Virus record (IMG/VR): IMGVR_UViG_3300025073_000021
Location: 1 to 37,433 of that record
Source: a virus
Lineage: Duplodnaviria > Caudoviricetes
DNA: 37,433 nucleotides
Reading direction: 5' to 3' (one strand)
How positions within the stretch are numbered: the stretch's first letter is position 1; each line of letters starts with the position of its first letter. The notes under the pieces were generated by a model. It worked only from the letters and a program-made list of their open reading frames with translations, did no database searches and was not told where the DNA came from. Shown piece after piece: positions 27,205-34,503 of this stretch. The translations under genes were made by a program, and so were the position numbers.

Positions 27205-27251
27205 TTATCCACAGTGGAGTATTTGACACCTGTTTGATTTTATATTATAAT
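27205..27251 (+). promoter_or_regulatory. Consensus sigma70 promoter with a perfect upstream DnaA box
   Basis: TTATCCACA (27205-27213); TTGACA(27223)-17-TATAAT(27246). Confidence 0.85.
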
Positions 27252-27276
27252 ATATTTATATACATCAAAAATAATT

Positions 27277-27447
27277 ATGAAAAAATTTATATTCCAGTAC
27301 AAGAGTTTTGAAACAGAAGAAGAGATACGACGATTTGCTTATCAAGATAGGGTATCTGAAAGTACAATAGTAAATAAAGCACTTGATGAGTATGTCGCCA
27401 AAAGGCAAAAGAAAGAGGCTCGGAAGTCTAATTCCCAGCCACGCTAA
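27277..27447 (+). CDS. Ribbon-helix-helix (Arc/CopG-like) regulator, 56 aa (not in the ORF track)
   Basis: MKKFIFQYKSFETEEEIRRFAYQDRVSESTIVNKALDEYV...; strand-helix-helix pattern with S-x-S-x-I-V-x-x-A-L. Confidence 0.7.
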   Translation: MKKFIFQYKSFETEEEIRRFAYQDRVSESTIVNKALDEYVAKRQKKEARKSNSQPR

Positions 27448-27539
27448 GCCCTCTATTTGTCCCGTAGCGAGGTTTTACTAGCGTAAATGATATTCGCACT
27501 GTCTAACTCAAAACAAACGATTGTAGAGGCTCACACAGG

Positions 27540-27584
27540 TTATCCACTTTCAACATTGTACACGTTCATTACAAGTTATATACT
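27540..27584 (+). promoter_or_regulatory. Early-operon promoter with a DnaA-like box
   Basis: TTATCCACT (27540-27548); TTGTAC(27556)-17-TATACT(27579). Confidence 0.7.
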
Positions 27585-27595
27585 ACTAAAGCTGG

Positions 27596-27707
27596 TCTAC
27601 CAAGACCAGTAGAGAACTATCGGGCAAGTGTCTTACATTATATCTTGGCTAACCTTAGCCAATAAATAGTCTACAGACATCAGTAAAAATCTACTAAAAC
27701 CAGTAGA
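27596..27707 (+). repeat. Three copies of the quasi-palindrome TCTAC-N6-CA-GTARA
   Basis: Copies at 27596-27613, 27670-27687 and 27690-27707. Confidence 0.6.
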
Positions 27708-27733
27708 CCGATAGTAAAAACTATCGGTTTTTT
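27707..27733 (+). terminator. Leader terminator (attenuator)
   Basis: accgatagt-aaaa-actatcggt followed by a T-run. Confidence 0.75.
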
Positions 27734-27742
27734 ATTTACTCA

Positions 27743-27908
27743 TACAGTTCACCAAGTTTCCCGATAGTTACTTGGTTGACTGTAGTAGTAAGTACGAAAT
27801 TACAAGCCATTATAGGCAAGTAATAACCTGTCAAAAAAAGAGCGGGAAAACAGGAATATATGGAGATTTCTATTAGAGGTTTCTGTATATATCCCCAAGT
27901 ACCGCTCT
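27743..27908 (+). ncRNA. Structured RNA downstream of the attenuator
   Basis: Hairpin 27743-27784 with loop cccgatagtt; nested stems agagcgg/ccgctct and ggaatatatggagatttct/agaggtttctgtatatatcc ending at ATG 27909. Confidence 0.55.
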
Positions 27909-28118
27909 ATGACAGATAATCTAAACTTTATGAATAATTTAGGGGAACTACCTCCTGACAAAACATACCGACAGCTTGAGGGTGATGATGACCTTCATAC
28001 TCAAGCAGGATTAGTCGATGTCGGTGTGGACGAGGAAGGTGAGATACAGTACATCGGTACAAGATCTCAATGGTCTAAATTTGAACAACTAACAAATTCT
28101 TATGAAAATTCTAACTAA
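27909..28118 (+). CDS. Small acidic early protein
   Basis: 69-aa ORF, first gene of the early operon. Confidence 0.65.
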   Translation: MTDNLNFMNNLGELPPDKTYRQLEGDDDLHTQAGLVDVGVDEEGEIQYIGTRSQWSKFEQLTNSYENSN

Positions 28119-28266
28119 AATACTCTCCTTGTGGAGAGTACATAGATACTACAAAGCTCTTGCAAAGCTAAGTAGAAAAGAAAACAAACGTGTAAGTAAG
28201 TTTCTCAAAGGTCGCCGAAATAATATTCACCGCCTTTTGGTACCTAAAGTGTATCACAGGGCTTAA
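28102..28266 (+). CDS. 54-aa highly basic protein (not in the ORF track)
   Basis: MKILTKILSLWRVHRYYKALAKLSRKENKRVSKFLKGRRNNIHRLLVPKVYHRA fills the gap between genes. Confidence 0.5.
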   Translation: MKILTKILSLWRVHRYYKALAKLSRKENKRVSKFLKGRRNNIHRLLVPKVYHRA

Positions 28267-28277
28267 ATGAAGTCAAT

Positions 28278-28832
28278 ATGAAAACAATTACATTACAAGG
28301 AAAAGAATACGCACAAGTTGTGGAACGCTTAAAAGAGTTTAGAAAAGACAATCCTCGAGGAAAGATTGAAACTACTCCTCACATTCAAGAAGATGGAAAG
28401 GTGCTTTTCAAAGCCTATATTCTCAAAGACAAGAGTGACGAAAACTCCGCAGAGGCAACAGGACACGCTCTGGGAGAAAACAAAGGTATTAAGGCGTTTG
28501 AGAAGTTAGAAACAATCGCTGTCGGTAGAGCGTTAGCGTTACTCGGTTACGCTTCTGACGGAGAAATTGCCAGCGGTGAAGAAATGGAAGAATATCTAAA
28601 ATTCCAAGAGGAAAAGAAAAGCAATTTACTAGGAGAAGCACAAGTAAAATTAGAAAACACAAAGACATTGCAAGAATTGAGTGCAGTGTGGGCTTCAACC
28701 CCAGGCACTCTAAAACCTTTACTCGCAGAACTTAAAGATAATCTAAAAAAACAATATGAAAGTACTAAAGTTTCAAACACAGGAGGAGTGGATGGAAGCA
28801 CGAAAGTGCAAGATAACGGGATCAAGGCTTAA
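28278..28832 (+). CDS. Single-strand annealing protein (Rad52/Sak-like)
   Basis: GKEYAQVVER, ATGHA and ETIAVGRALALLG...IAS.EEM motifs; paired with an exonuclease. Confidence 0.7.
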   Translation: MKTITLQGKEYAQVVERLKEFRKDNPRGKIETTPHIQEDGKVLFKAYILKDKSDENSAEATGHALGENKGIKAFEKLETIAVGRALALLGYASDGEIASGEEMEEYLKFQEEKKSNLLGEAQVKLENTKTLQELSAVWASTPGTLKPLLAELKDNLKKQYESTKVSNTGGVDGSTKVQDNGIKA

Positions 28833-29376
28833 TGACATTGTCATCAAACGAGGAACAGGACAGAAAAAAGGATTTTACGAACTAATAGCTGAACGGCTCG
28901 CACTTCCTCCAGACGGCGAGGATGTGATGGATAGAGGCAATAGATTGGAAGATGAGGCGATCGAGATGTTTAAAAAAGAAACAGGAAAAGATGTTGATAC
29001 TTCGCTCGTAATCTGGACGAGAGATGACAATGAAAGTATCGCAATCAGTCCTGACGGATTTATTGGAGAGACCGAAGCAGTAGAAGCAAAATGTTTATGT
29101 TCGGCAAATCACATTGAATCGTATCTAACACAAGACTATCCAAAAACCTCAACGCAGTACAATAGTTACATCATGCAATCACGTCAGTATTTCATTGTGA
29201 ACGATAAGCTAGAAAAATTGCATGTGGTGTTCTATGACCCACGTTTACAGTTCAAAAACTTTTTTTACTTCACGCTTACTCGCCCCGTACTTGAAGCAGA
29301 GATAAAAAATTATCTTGAATATCAACGTACTACGTTAGAGGAAGTAGATAAAATCGTTAATGAATTAAGTTTTTAA
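28756..29376 (+). CDS. YqaJ / lambda-exonuclease family nuclease
   Basis: EWMEARKCKITGS, MDRGNRLE and SPDG...EAKC (PD-(D/E)xK) motifs. Confidence 0.9.
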   Translation: MKVLKFQTQEEWMEARKCKITGSRLNDIVIKRGTGQKKGFYELIAERLALPPDGEDVMDRGNRLEDEAIEMFKKETGKDVDTSLVIWTRDDNESIAISPDGFIGETEAVEAKCLCSANHIESYLTQDYPKTSTQYNSYIMQSRQYFIVNDKLEKLHVVFYDPRLQFKNFFYFTLTRPVLEAEIKNYLEYQRTTLEEVDKIVNELSF

Positions 29377-29379
29377 TAT

Positions 29380-29550
29380 ATGGGAGAAATAGCAGAAATG
29401 ATGTTAGGAGGAGTTATGTGTGAGATGTGTGGTGAATATCTTGAATGTGATGAGTGTGAAGATATGGGTATTCCAATGTACTGCTCTGAAGAATGTGCAA
29501 AAGACAGAGGAGCAAGCAAAGAACAAGTTTGTAGCCACAAAAAAAAGTAA
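29380..29550 (+). CDS. 56-aa Cys-rich Zn-finger protein (not in the ORF track)
   Basis: MGEIAEMMLGGVMCEMCGEYLECDEC...YCSEEC. Confidence 0.7.
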   Translation: MGEIAEMMLGGVMCEMCGEYLECDECEDMGIPMYCSEECAKDRGASKEQVCSHKKK

Positions 29551-29563
29551 ACAAACACCAACA

Positions 29564-29605
29564 TTTCCTTAGAGCTCATCTCAATGAGGTGGGCTCAATA
29601 GGGAA
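29564..29605 (+). other. Intergenic RNA hairpin (candidate processing site)
   Basis: tttcct-ta-gagctcatctc/gaggtgggctc-aat-agggaa. Confidence 0.5.
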
Positions 29606-29697
29606 TTAACCCAAAAGAAGACCCTTTAGGTCTCCATGCTGTCAAAATATGAAAAATATAAGCCTCCTTCAGTACTTTTGTACCCTCTAAAAATGCA

Positions 29698-29812
29698 GGG
29701 TTATTTGAGTTATAGATTGATTGATAATTTGGTTGTTTGCTTCTGACGTGTAGTTAGTAAGCATGGGGCAACCAGATTATCAATCAGCTTATAAACCCAT
29801 GCTTTACTAATT
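29698..29812 (+). ncRNA. Bistable leader upstream of the replication initiator
   Basis: 19-bp stem 29717-29735/29769-29787 versus an alternative stem 29754-29767/29796-29810. Confidence 0.6.
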
Positions 29813-29819
29813 TAATAAT

Positions 29820-30530
29820 ATGAAAGAAACATTTTATTTCTCGCATGATTACGGAGCACGAAACGATCCAAAAATGATTTCCCTCCGTTTTACAATTGGA
29901 CTAGAAGCTATAGGAGTTTATTGGTGTTTGATTGAAACACTGTATGAACAGGATGGGAAAATTGAATTGAAGTTTTTAGAGGAAACTATACGTTCGTATG
30001 GCGTATGTAATACGGACGTAGTACGAATAATTGACAAATTGTTTGAAACGCAATTGCTACAAAAAGATGAAAAAATTGTGTGGAGTGATGGTGTCAATTT
30101 ACGCATACAAAAACGTAAAGAGAAGTCAGAAAAGGCACGACAATCTGTGCTATATAGACACAATAAATACGAACGTAATACGAACGTAATACGAAAGTCT
30201 ACTATTAAAGTAAAGGAAAGTAAAGTAAAGGAAAGTAAATCATATACTACTTGCTCATCTCAAAAGATGAGCGAGGGACAGTTTGATACCTTTTGGAAAA
30301 CCTATCCAAGAAAGGTCGGGAAAAAGAAGGCACATGATAAATTTGTGAAATTAGACGTGTCGCTGTTTGAAATGATTATGAAGTCACTACTCGCCCAAAC
30401 AAAAACAGATCAGTGGCAAAAGGAAAATGGTCGATTTATTCCTCATCCGATTACATGGCTATATCAAGAACGCTGGAATGATGAGTTAGAGGAACAAAAA
30501 TTAGATATATCAGAAAGGAGAAAATTATGA
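29820..30530 (+). CDS. Replication initiator (DUF4373/Lin1244-like N-terminal domain)
   Basis: YFSHDYGARNDPK, IGVYWCLIETLY, KVKESKVKES linker, FDTFWKTYPRKVGK and HPITWLYQERWNDE; upstream of the helicase. Confidence 0.85.
   Translation: MKETFYFSHDYGARNDPKMISLRFTIGLEAIGVYWCLIETLYEQDGKIELKFLEETIRSYGVCNTDVVRIIDKLFETQLLQKDEKIVWSDGVNLRIQKRKEKSEKARQSVLYRHNKYERNTNVIRKSTIKVKESKVKESKSYTTCSSQKMSEGQFDTFWKTYPRKVGKKKAHDKFVKLDVSLFEMIMKSLLAQTKTDQWQKENGRFIPHPITWLYQERWNDELEEQKLDISERRKL
29990..30239. repeat. Iterons / probable origin inside the initiator gene
   Basis: aatacgaacgt x2.7 at 30166-30195, inverted copy at 29990-29999, variant at 30009-30019; adjacent A-rich aaagtaaagg repeats. Confidence 0.65.
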
Positions 30531-31849
30531 TCACATTTCCTCAAAACTTAGAAGCTGAACAGGCGGTTATAGGTTCAATCTTTGTAGATAATACATCGTT
30601 TTACAAAATATCTCATCTTATAACTCAAAATAATTTTTATGATGAACGTAATAGGTCAATATTTAGAGTCATAACTCAGTTACTTGGTAACAAAGAACAG
30701 GCAAATATTCTAGCCGTGTCAGAGAAATTACCAAATATGGCACGTTCGTATTTGGTCGAGTGTACCATGAAGATTACGACCGCAACACAAATTATTTCCT
30801 ACGCAAAAATTGTGTTAGACAAGTCAATTAGGCGACAGCTTATTATCGCCCAAGAATTGAACACACAAGTTATTTATGACGAGAACATTGATATTGAAAC
30901 CGTCCTTGCTGAAACACAAAAACAAATTTTGGAAGTCAACCTTGTTAAAAAACAAGAGGATGGTTCGCAAGCAATTATTACTGAAATAGAAGCGGTACAA
31001 CAAGAATATTCCGAGAAATATAAACAAGGTAAAAAGTATTTAGGAATTGAATCTGGATTTGAAAAGTTAGATGAAATCATTGACGGGCTTAGACCAGGAC
31101 ATGTGTGGGTAGTAGGTGCGTTTACGTCAACGGGCAAAACGCAGTTTTCTCTGAATGTCGTTCATTCCGTGCTTGAGCAAAATGTTCCTGTGTCAATTAT
31201 AAGTCTTGAGATGAGTCGAGTGGACACGGTGGCACGTTTAATTGGTATACGCCACAACATCAGCTCAATGCGCGTGCTAAAAGGCATAAATGACGCAGAT
31301 ACTACACAGCGAATTGACGAGGGCAAGCTATTTTTTAGACAGACACCTTTGGAAGTTCATACGACTTACTTTGAACTGGAAAAAATTAAAATGCTTATCC
31401 GTCATGACGTGTATGCTCGTGGTGTAAAATTGGTAGTTGTCGATTATGTACAAAATATTATGTCAGATAAGGCGTTGCGTGAGTACGATCTTTTAACTCA
31501 GTCAGCCGTAGATTTGCAGGCGTTAGCACGAGAGTTGAATATCACGATTTACATTGTTTCTCAGATTTCTAACGAAGCGGAAAAAGGACAAGGCGCAGGT
31601 GCTGGTTTTAAGGGTACGGGTGCGTTAGAGGCGGTTGCGGACTTGGCTATTAGGCTGAAACGAGAGAGAAAAGATGAAAGTACAAATGACGATTTTGTTC
31701 CTGTAAAAATTGTCGTATCTAAAAATCGTCATGGGTTTACTGGAAACATTGATAATTATTGTATGTGGTTGAAAAGCGGAAAGTTTGAAAAAGACCTTAT
31801 GTATATTAACGCAGATATTAAGCAACAAATGTATGGAACACATAAGTAA
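30527..31849 (+). CDS. dnaB: DnaB-like replicative helicase
   Basis: PQNLEAEQAVIGS, GAFTSTGKT (Walker A), SLEMS, VVVDYVQ, SQIS and KNRHG. Confidence 0.95.
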   Translation: MITFPQNLEAEQAVIGSIFVDNTSFYKISHLITQNNFYDERNRSIFRVITQLLGNKEQANILAVSEKLPNMARSYLVECTMKITTATQIISYAKIVLDKSIRRQLIIAQELNTQVIYDENIDIETVLAETQKQILEVNLVKKQEDGSQAIITEIEAVQQEYSEKYKQGKKYLGIESGFEKLDEIIDGLRPGHVWVVGAFTSTGKTQFSLNVVHSVLEQNVPVSIISLEMSRVDTVARLIGIRHNISSMRVLKGINDADTTQRIDEGKLFFRQTPLEVHTTYFELEKIKMLIRHDVYARGVKLVVVDYVQNIMSDKALREYDLLTQSAVDLQALARELNITIYIVSQISNEAEKGQGAGAGFKGTGALEAVADLAIRLKRERKDESTNDDFVPVKIVVSKNRHGFTGNIDNYCMWLKSGKFEKDLMYINADIKQQMYGTHK

Positions 31850-32042
31850 AATTTTAAAAAATAAAAAAGTTATTGATAAGCATTTTGTGTGTCCTCGTAC
31901 TGACTGTAAAGAAGACAACGCATACACTTTTTTCGACTGGGAAAGCAGAAAAACAAAGTTTCGATGTCCGACTTGTGGCTTGGAAGATTACTTACACAAT
32001 CTTAGTTATTTAACTAAACAATATGAAAGAAGTACGCCCTAG
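31833..32042 (+). CDS. Small Zn-ribbon protein
   Basis: CPRTDC...CPTC; start placed at ATG 31833. Confidence 0.65.
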   Translation: MEHISKILKNKKVIDKHFVCPRTDCKEDNAYTFFDWESRKTKFRCPTCGLEDYLHNLSYLTKQYERSTP

Positions 32043-32277
32043 TCTAAAAGATTTAATAGCCGACACAGTCATGGTACGAAAATTAGTAACGTATGACGAA
32101 CTTGAAGAACTAGCGATTAAAAACGGATATAAACCTGAAACAGCTACGAGACGATTGAGAGGTGGGGATGGCTGGGATATTCCTGTCATTAAACTAAACG
32201 CAAAGAAAAAACCAATAAAAGAAAGTGAACGAATATATTATTACAAATGGTGCGGAGGTAAAACTATTTTTAACTAA
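32023..32277 (+). CDS. Small winged-HTH-like DNA-binding protein
   Basis: TYDELEELA...KPETATRRLR followed by a basic beta wing. Confidence 0.55.
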   Translation: MKEVRPSLKDLIADTVMVRKLVTYDELEELAIKNGYKPETATRRLRGGDGWDIPVIKLNAKKKPIKESERIYYYKWCGGKTIFN

Positions 32278-32278
32278 T

Positions 32279-32587
32279 ATGATCCGCCTGTCAAAACTTA
32301 TTGTCATTTTATTTTTCATCATAGAAGTAGCAGATGTACAAAATGAGATTTTATATCAAGCACAGATTTATGGAGTAGACCCAGATACAGCGTTACGAAT
32401 AGCATTTTGCGAAAGTAGGTATGACATATATGCGAAAAATCCTAAGTCAAGTGCATACGGAATTTACCAGTTTACCACGCCAACGTGGAAATATATTGGG
32501 GGAAAAGATAGGTACGATTGGCGAGAGAACGTAGAGCAGTTTATGAGATGGTATCCCAAAAAAAAGTCGTGGTGGGTTTGTCAATAA
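32279..32587 (+). CDS. Membrane-anchored lytic transglycosylase (SLT domain)
   Basis: N-terminal TM; YGVD...IAFCESR (catalytic Glu), SSAYGIYQF, TW. Confidence 0.85.
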   Translation: MIRLSKLIVILFFIIEVADVQNEILYQAQIYGVDPDTALRIAFCESRYDIYAKNPKSSAYGIYQFTTPTWKYIGGKDRYDWRENVEQFMRWYPKKKSWWVCQ

Positions 32588-32613
32588 TTTAGTCAACATT
32601 TAGAAGTTTGTAT

Positions 32614-32976
32614 ATGAAGAACCTTTTTCAAACACCATCAACAATTGAAAATATCTCAACACGAAAAGATGGTACGATAAAAATTGTGATAGGCACACAA
32701 GAACTTCCACCAGACGAAATGGCACAGCTTATGAGCTTGTATAATAAACTTGGGTACTTTTTATTTAAAGAAAATGATATTACACCTGATGAAATCCCTG
32801 AAGATGACGCACCTGAATTTGAAGATGAAAAATCACCTACAAAAAGATTATACGCAGTTCTATACGTTTTTTGGAAACAACAAACGAGTAAAGGAAAAAT
32901 GTCAAAAAGTTTTAATGATTTTAGAAAGGAACAAATGGAAAAATTTATTGATGTAGTCAAGGATAAATTAGATTAA
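32614..32976 (+). CDS. Hypothetical phage protein
   Basis: About 120 aa with STRKDG and KSPTKRLYAVLY motifs; function unknown. Confidence 0.7.
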   Translation: MKNLFQTPSTIENISTRKDGTIKIVIGTQELPPDEMAQLMSLYNKLGYFLFKENDITPDEIPEDDAPEFEDEKSPTKRLYAVLYVFWKQQTSKGKMSKSFNDFRKEQMEKFIDVVKDKLD

Positions 32977-32978
32977 CT

Positions 32979-33302
32979 ATGCGTCTTATCCCACCAAAAA
33001 TTAGAAAACAAATTGCAGACGATCCGTTTATGAAAAAATGTATATGGACTGGTGAAACAAAAGACATAACCTGGGAGCATTGCTGGATATACGGGGGCAA
33101 GCAAATTATAGACGCATGGGCTACTGTACCGTTAGTTAGAAGATTAAACACAAACGCAATGCCCCAAGAAGTAAAAGAGTATTGCAGGTGGGTTACTTTG
33201 ATGAGAGCAACCGCAAAAGACTTGGCTAAATATCCAAAGAAAAACTGGGAACAAGAGAAAAAATATCTAACTTATAAATTTACAAACTATGCCAGAAAAT
33301 GA
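32979..33302 (+). CDS. Putative HNH/NinG-like nuclease-fold protein
   Basis: Degenerate C-x-x-x-G...EH...VPL pattern; located in a nin-like region. Confidence 0.45.
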   Translation: MRLIPPKIRKQIADDPFMKKCIWTGETKDITWEHCWIYGGKQIIDAWATVPLVRRLNTNAMPQEVKEYCRWVTLMRATAKDLAKYPKKNWEQEKKYLTYKFTNYARK

Positions 33303-33600
33303 CGTTTTACAATCAATTTGCGAATTTCTTTGGTATAACAAAATATTTTTTTACCGCAATAATAACACGCCTGTATTTAACGGAGATGTGTATCGTAAAA
33401 TGCCTAAATGGTCTATGAAAGGCGTACCTGATATTGTCGGAATATACAAAGGTCGTCCATTATACATTGAGGTAAAAAAGAAAGGTGGCTATCCGAGTAA
33501 AGAACAAAAAGCGTTTATTGAGTTGGTGAATAGTGAGGGCGGTATAGCGTTTGTTGCTCGCTCAATAGACGATGTAAAATCTAAACTCACCACCCTATGA
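33289..33600 (+). CDS. VRR-NUC domain nuclease (Holliday junction resolvase-like)
   Basis: E..LQ, KGVPDI, YIEVK, SKEQKAF, GG.AFVARSIDD. Confidence 0.9.
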   Translation: MPENDVLQSICEFLWYNKIFFYRNNNTPVFNGDVYRKMPKWSMKGVPDIVGIYKGRPLYIEVKKKGGYPSKEQKAFIELVNSEGGIAFVARSIDDVKSKLTTL

Positions 33601-33638
33601 CCAACGAACAACTCTATAACTCAATAACTAAATAATAT

Positions 33639-34427
33639 ATGTCAATAACAAATTCCAACGGAGTAAACGAAGAAAATTCTGACGCAGTCAATAGGTCTGA
33701 CGCAGTCAATTGGTCTAACGCAGTCAATTGGTCTAACGCAGTCAATTGGTCTAACGCAGTCAATAGGTCTGACGCAGTCAATGGGTCTGACGCAGTCAAT
33801 AGGTCTAATGCAGTCAATAGGTCTAACGCAGTCAATGGGTCTAACGCAGTCAATGGGTCTGACGCAGTCAATAGGTCTAATGCAGTCAATAGGTCTAACG
33901 CAGTCAATGAGTCTAACGCAGTCAATAGGTCTGACGCAGTCAATGAGTCTAACGCAGTCAATAGGTCTGACGCAGTCAATGGGTCTAACGCAGTCATAAA
34001 CTCTTATGGGGTATATAATTGTTTGTTTGTTGCAGATGAAAAAGGAGTAGCGTTTAAACTTTTCAAGACACAAGTAACCGGGGAGAGAATTGACGAGGTA
34101 AAGGCAGAATACAGAAACAAGCTCAAAAGTTGGAAACCGACATTCAATAATGGATTTGAATTATATTTGCAAAATGGCAATGAGTGGAAAAAAGTAAATG
34201 CGTCCCAAATATGTTCGACCCTTGAAGAATGGGACAAACCAGCTAAAGCGTGGAAAGGTATGCCACAAGATGCTATTGATTATCTGATGAGTTTGCCTGA
34301 ATGGGACGAAGCGACATTTACACAAATTACAGGACTTATACCAGCGAAAAAAGATGATGAAATAAAGAAAGCAATAAAACTCTTGCAAGAAAAAGGCAAA
34401 ATTAAAGACGGTAAAATAACAATCTAA
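33639..34427 (+). CDS. Hexapeptide-repeat (S-[DN]-A-V-N-x) beta-solenoid protein
   Basis: 17 full repeats plus one partial; C-terminal domain ending LPEWDEATFTQITG. Confidence 0.85.
   Translation: MSITNSNGVNEENSDAVNRSDAVNWSNAVNWSNAVNWSNAVNRSDAVNGSDAVNRSNAVNRSNAVNGSNAVNGSDAVNRSNAVNRSNAVNESNAVNRSDAVNESNAVNRSDAVNGSNAVINSYGVYNCLFVADEKGVAFKLFKTQVTGERIDEVKAEYRNKLKSWKPTFNNGFELYLQNGNEWKKVNASQICSTLEEWDKPAKAWKGMPQDAIDYLMSLPEWDEATFTQITGLIPAKKDDEIKKAIKLLQEKGKIKDGKITI
33678..34001 (+). repeat. 18-bp coding tandem repeat
   Basis: tct-[ag]a[ct]-gca-gtc-aat-(agg/tgg/ggg/gag), about 18 copies. Confidence 0.95.
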
Positions 34428-34503
34428 TCACCCCTAGTGGGGAATAATATATAACTAATTAACCTTATAATTCAGTAAAATAACTTACTTAATATATAGT
34501 TAT

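Noticed and set aside
33678-34001. CRISPR array
   Set aside because: Units are contiguous 18-mers with no unique spacers, are in frame within a protein, and no cas genes are present.
33614-34073. Alternative-frame repeat ORFs (33614-33997 -, 33642-34073 -, 33781-33999 +)
   Set aside because: Shadows of the stop-free 18-bp repeat; only the 33639 frame continues into a globular domain.
33639-34427. Diversity-generating retroelement target
   Set aside because: No reverse transcriptase and no separate template/variable repeat pair seen; tandem-repeat slippage explains the pattern.
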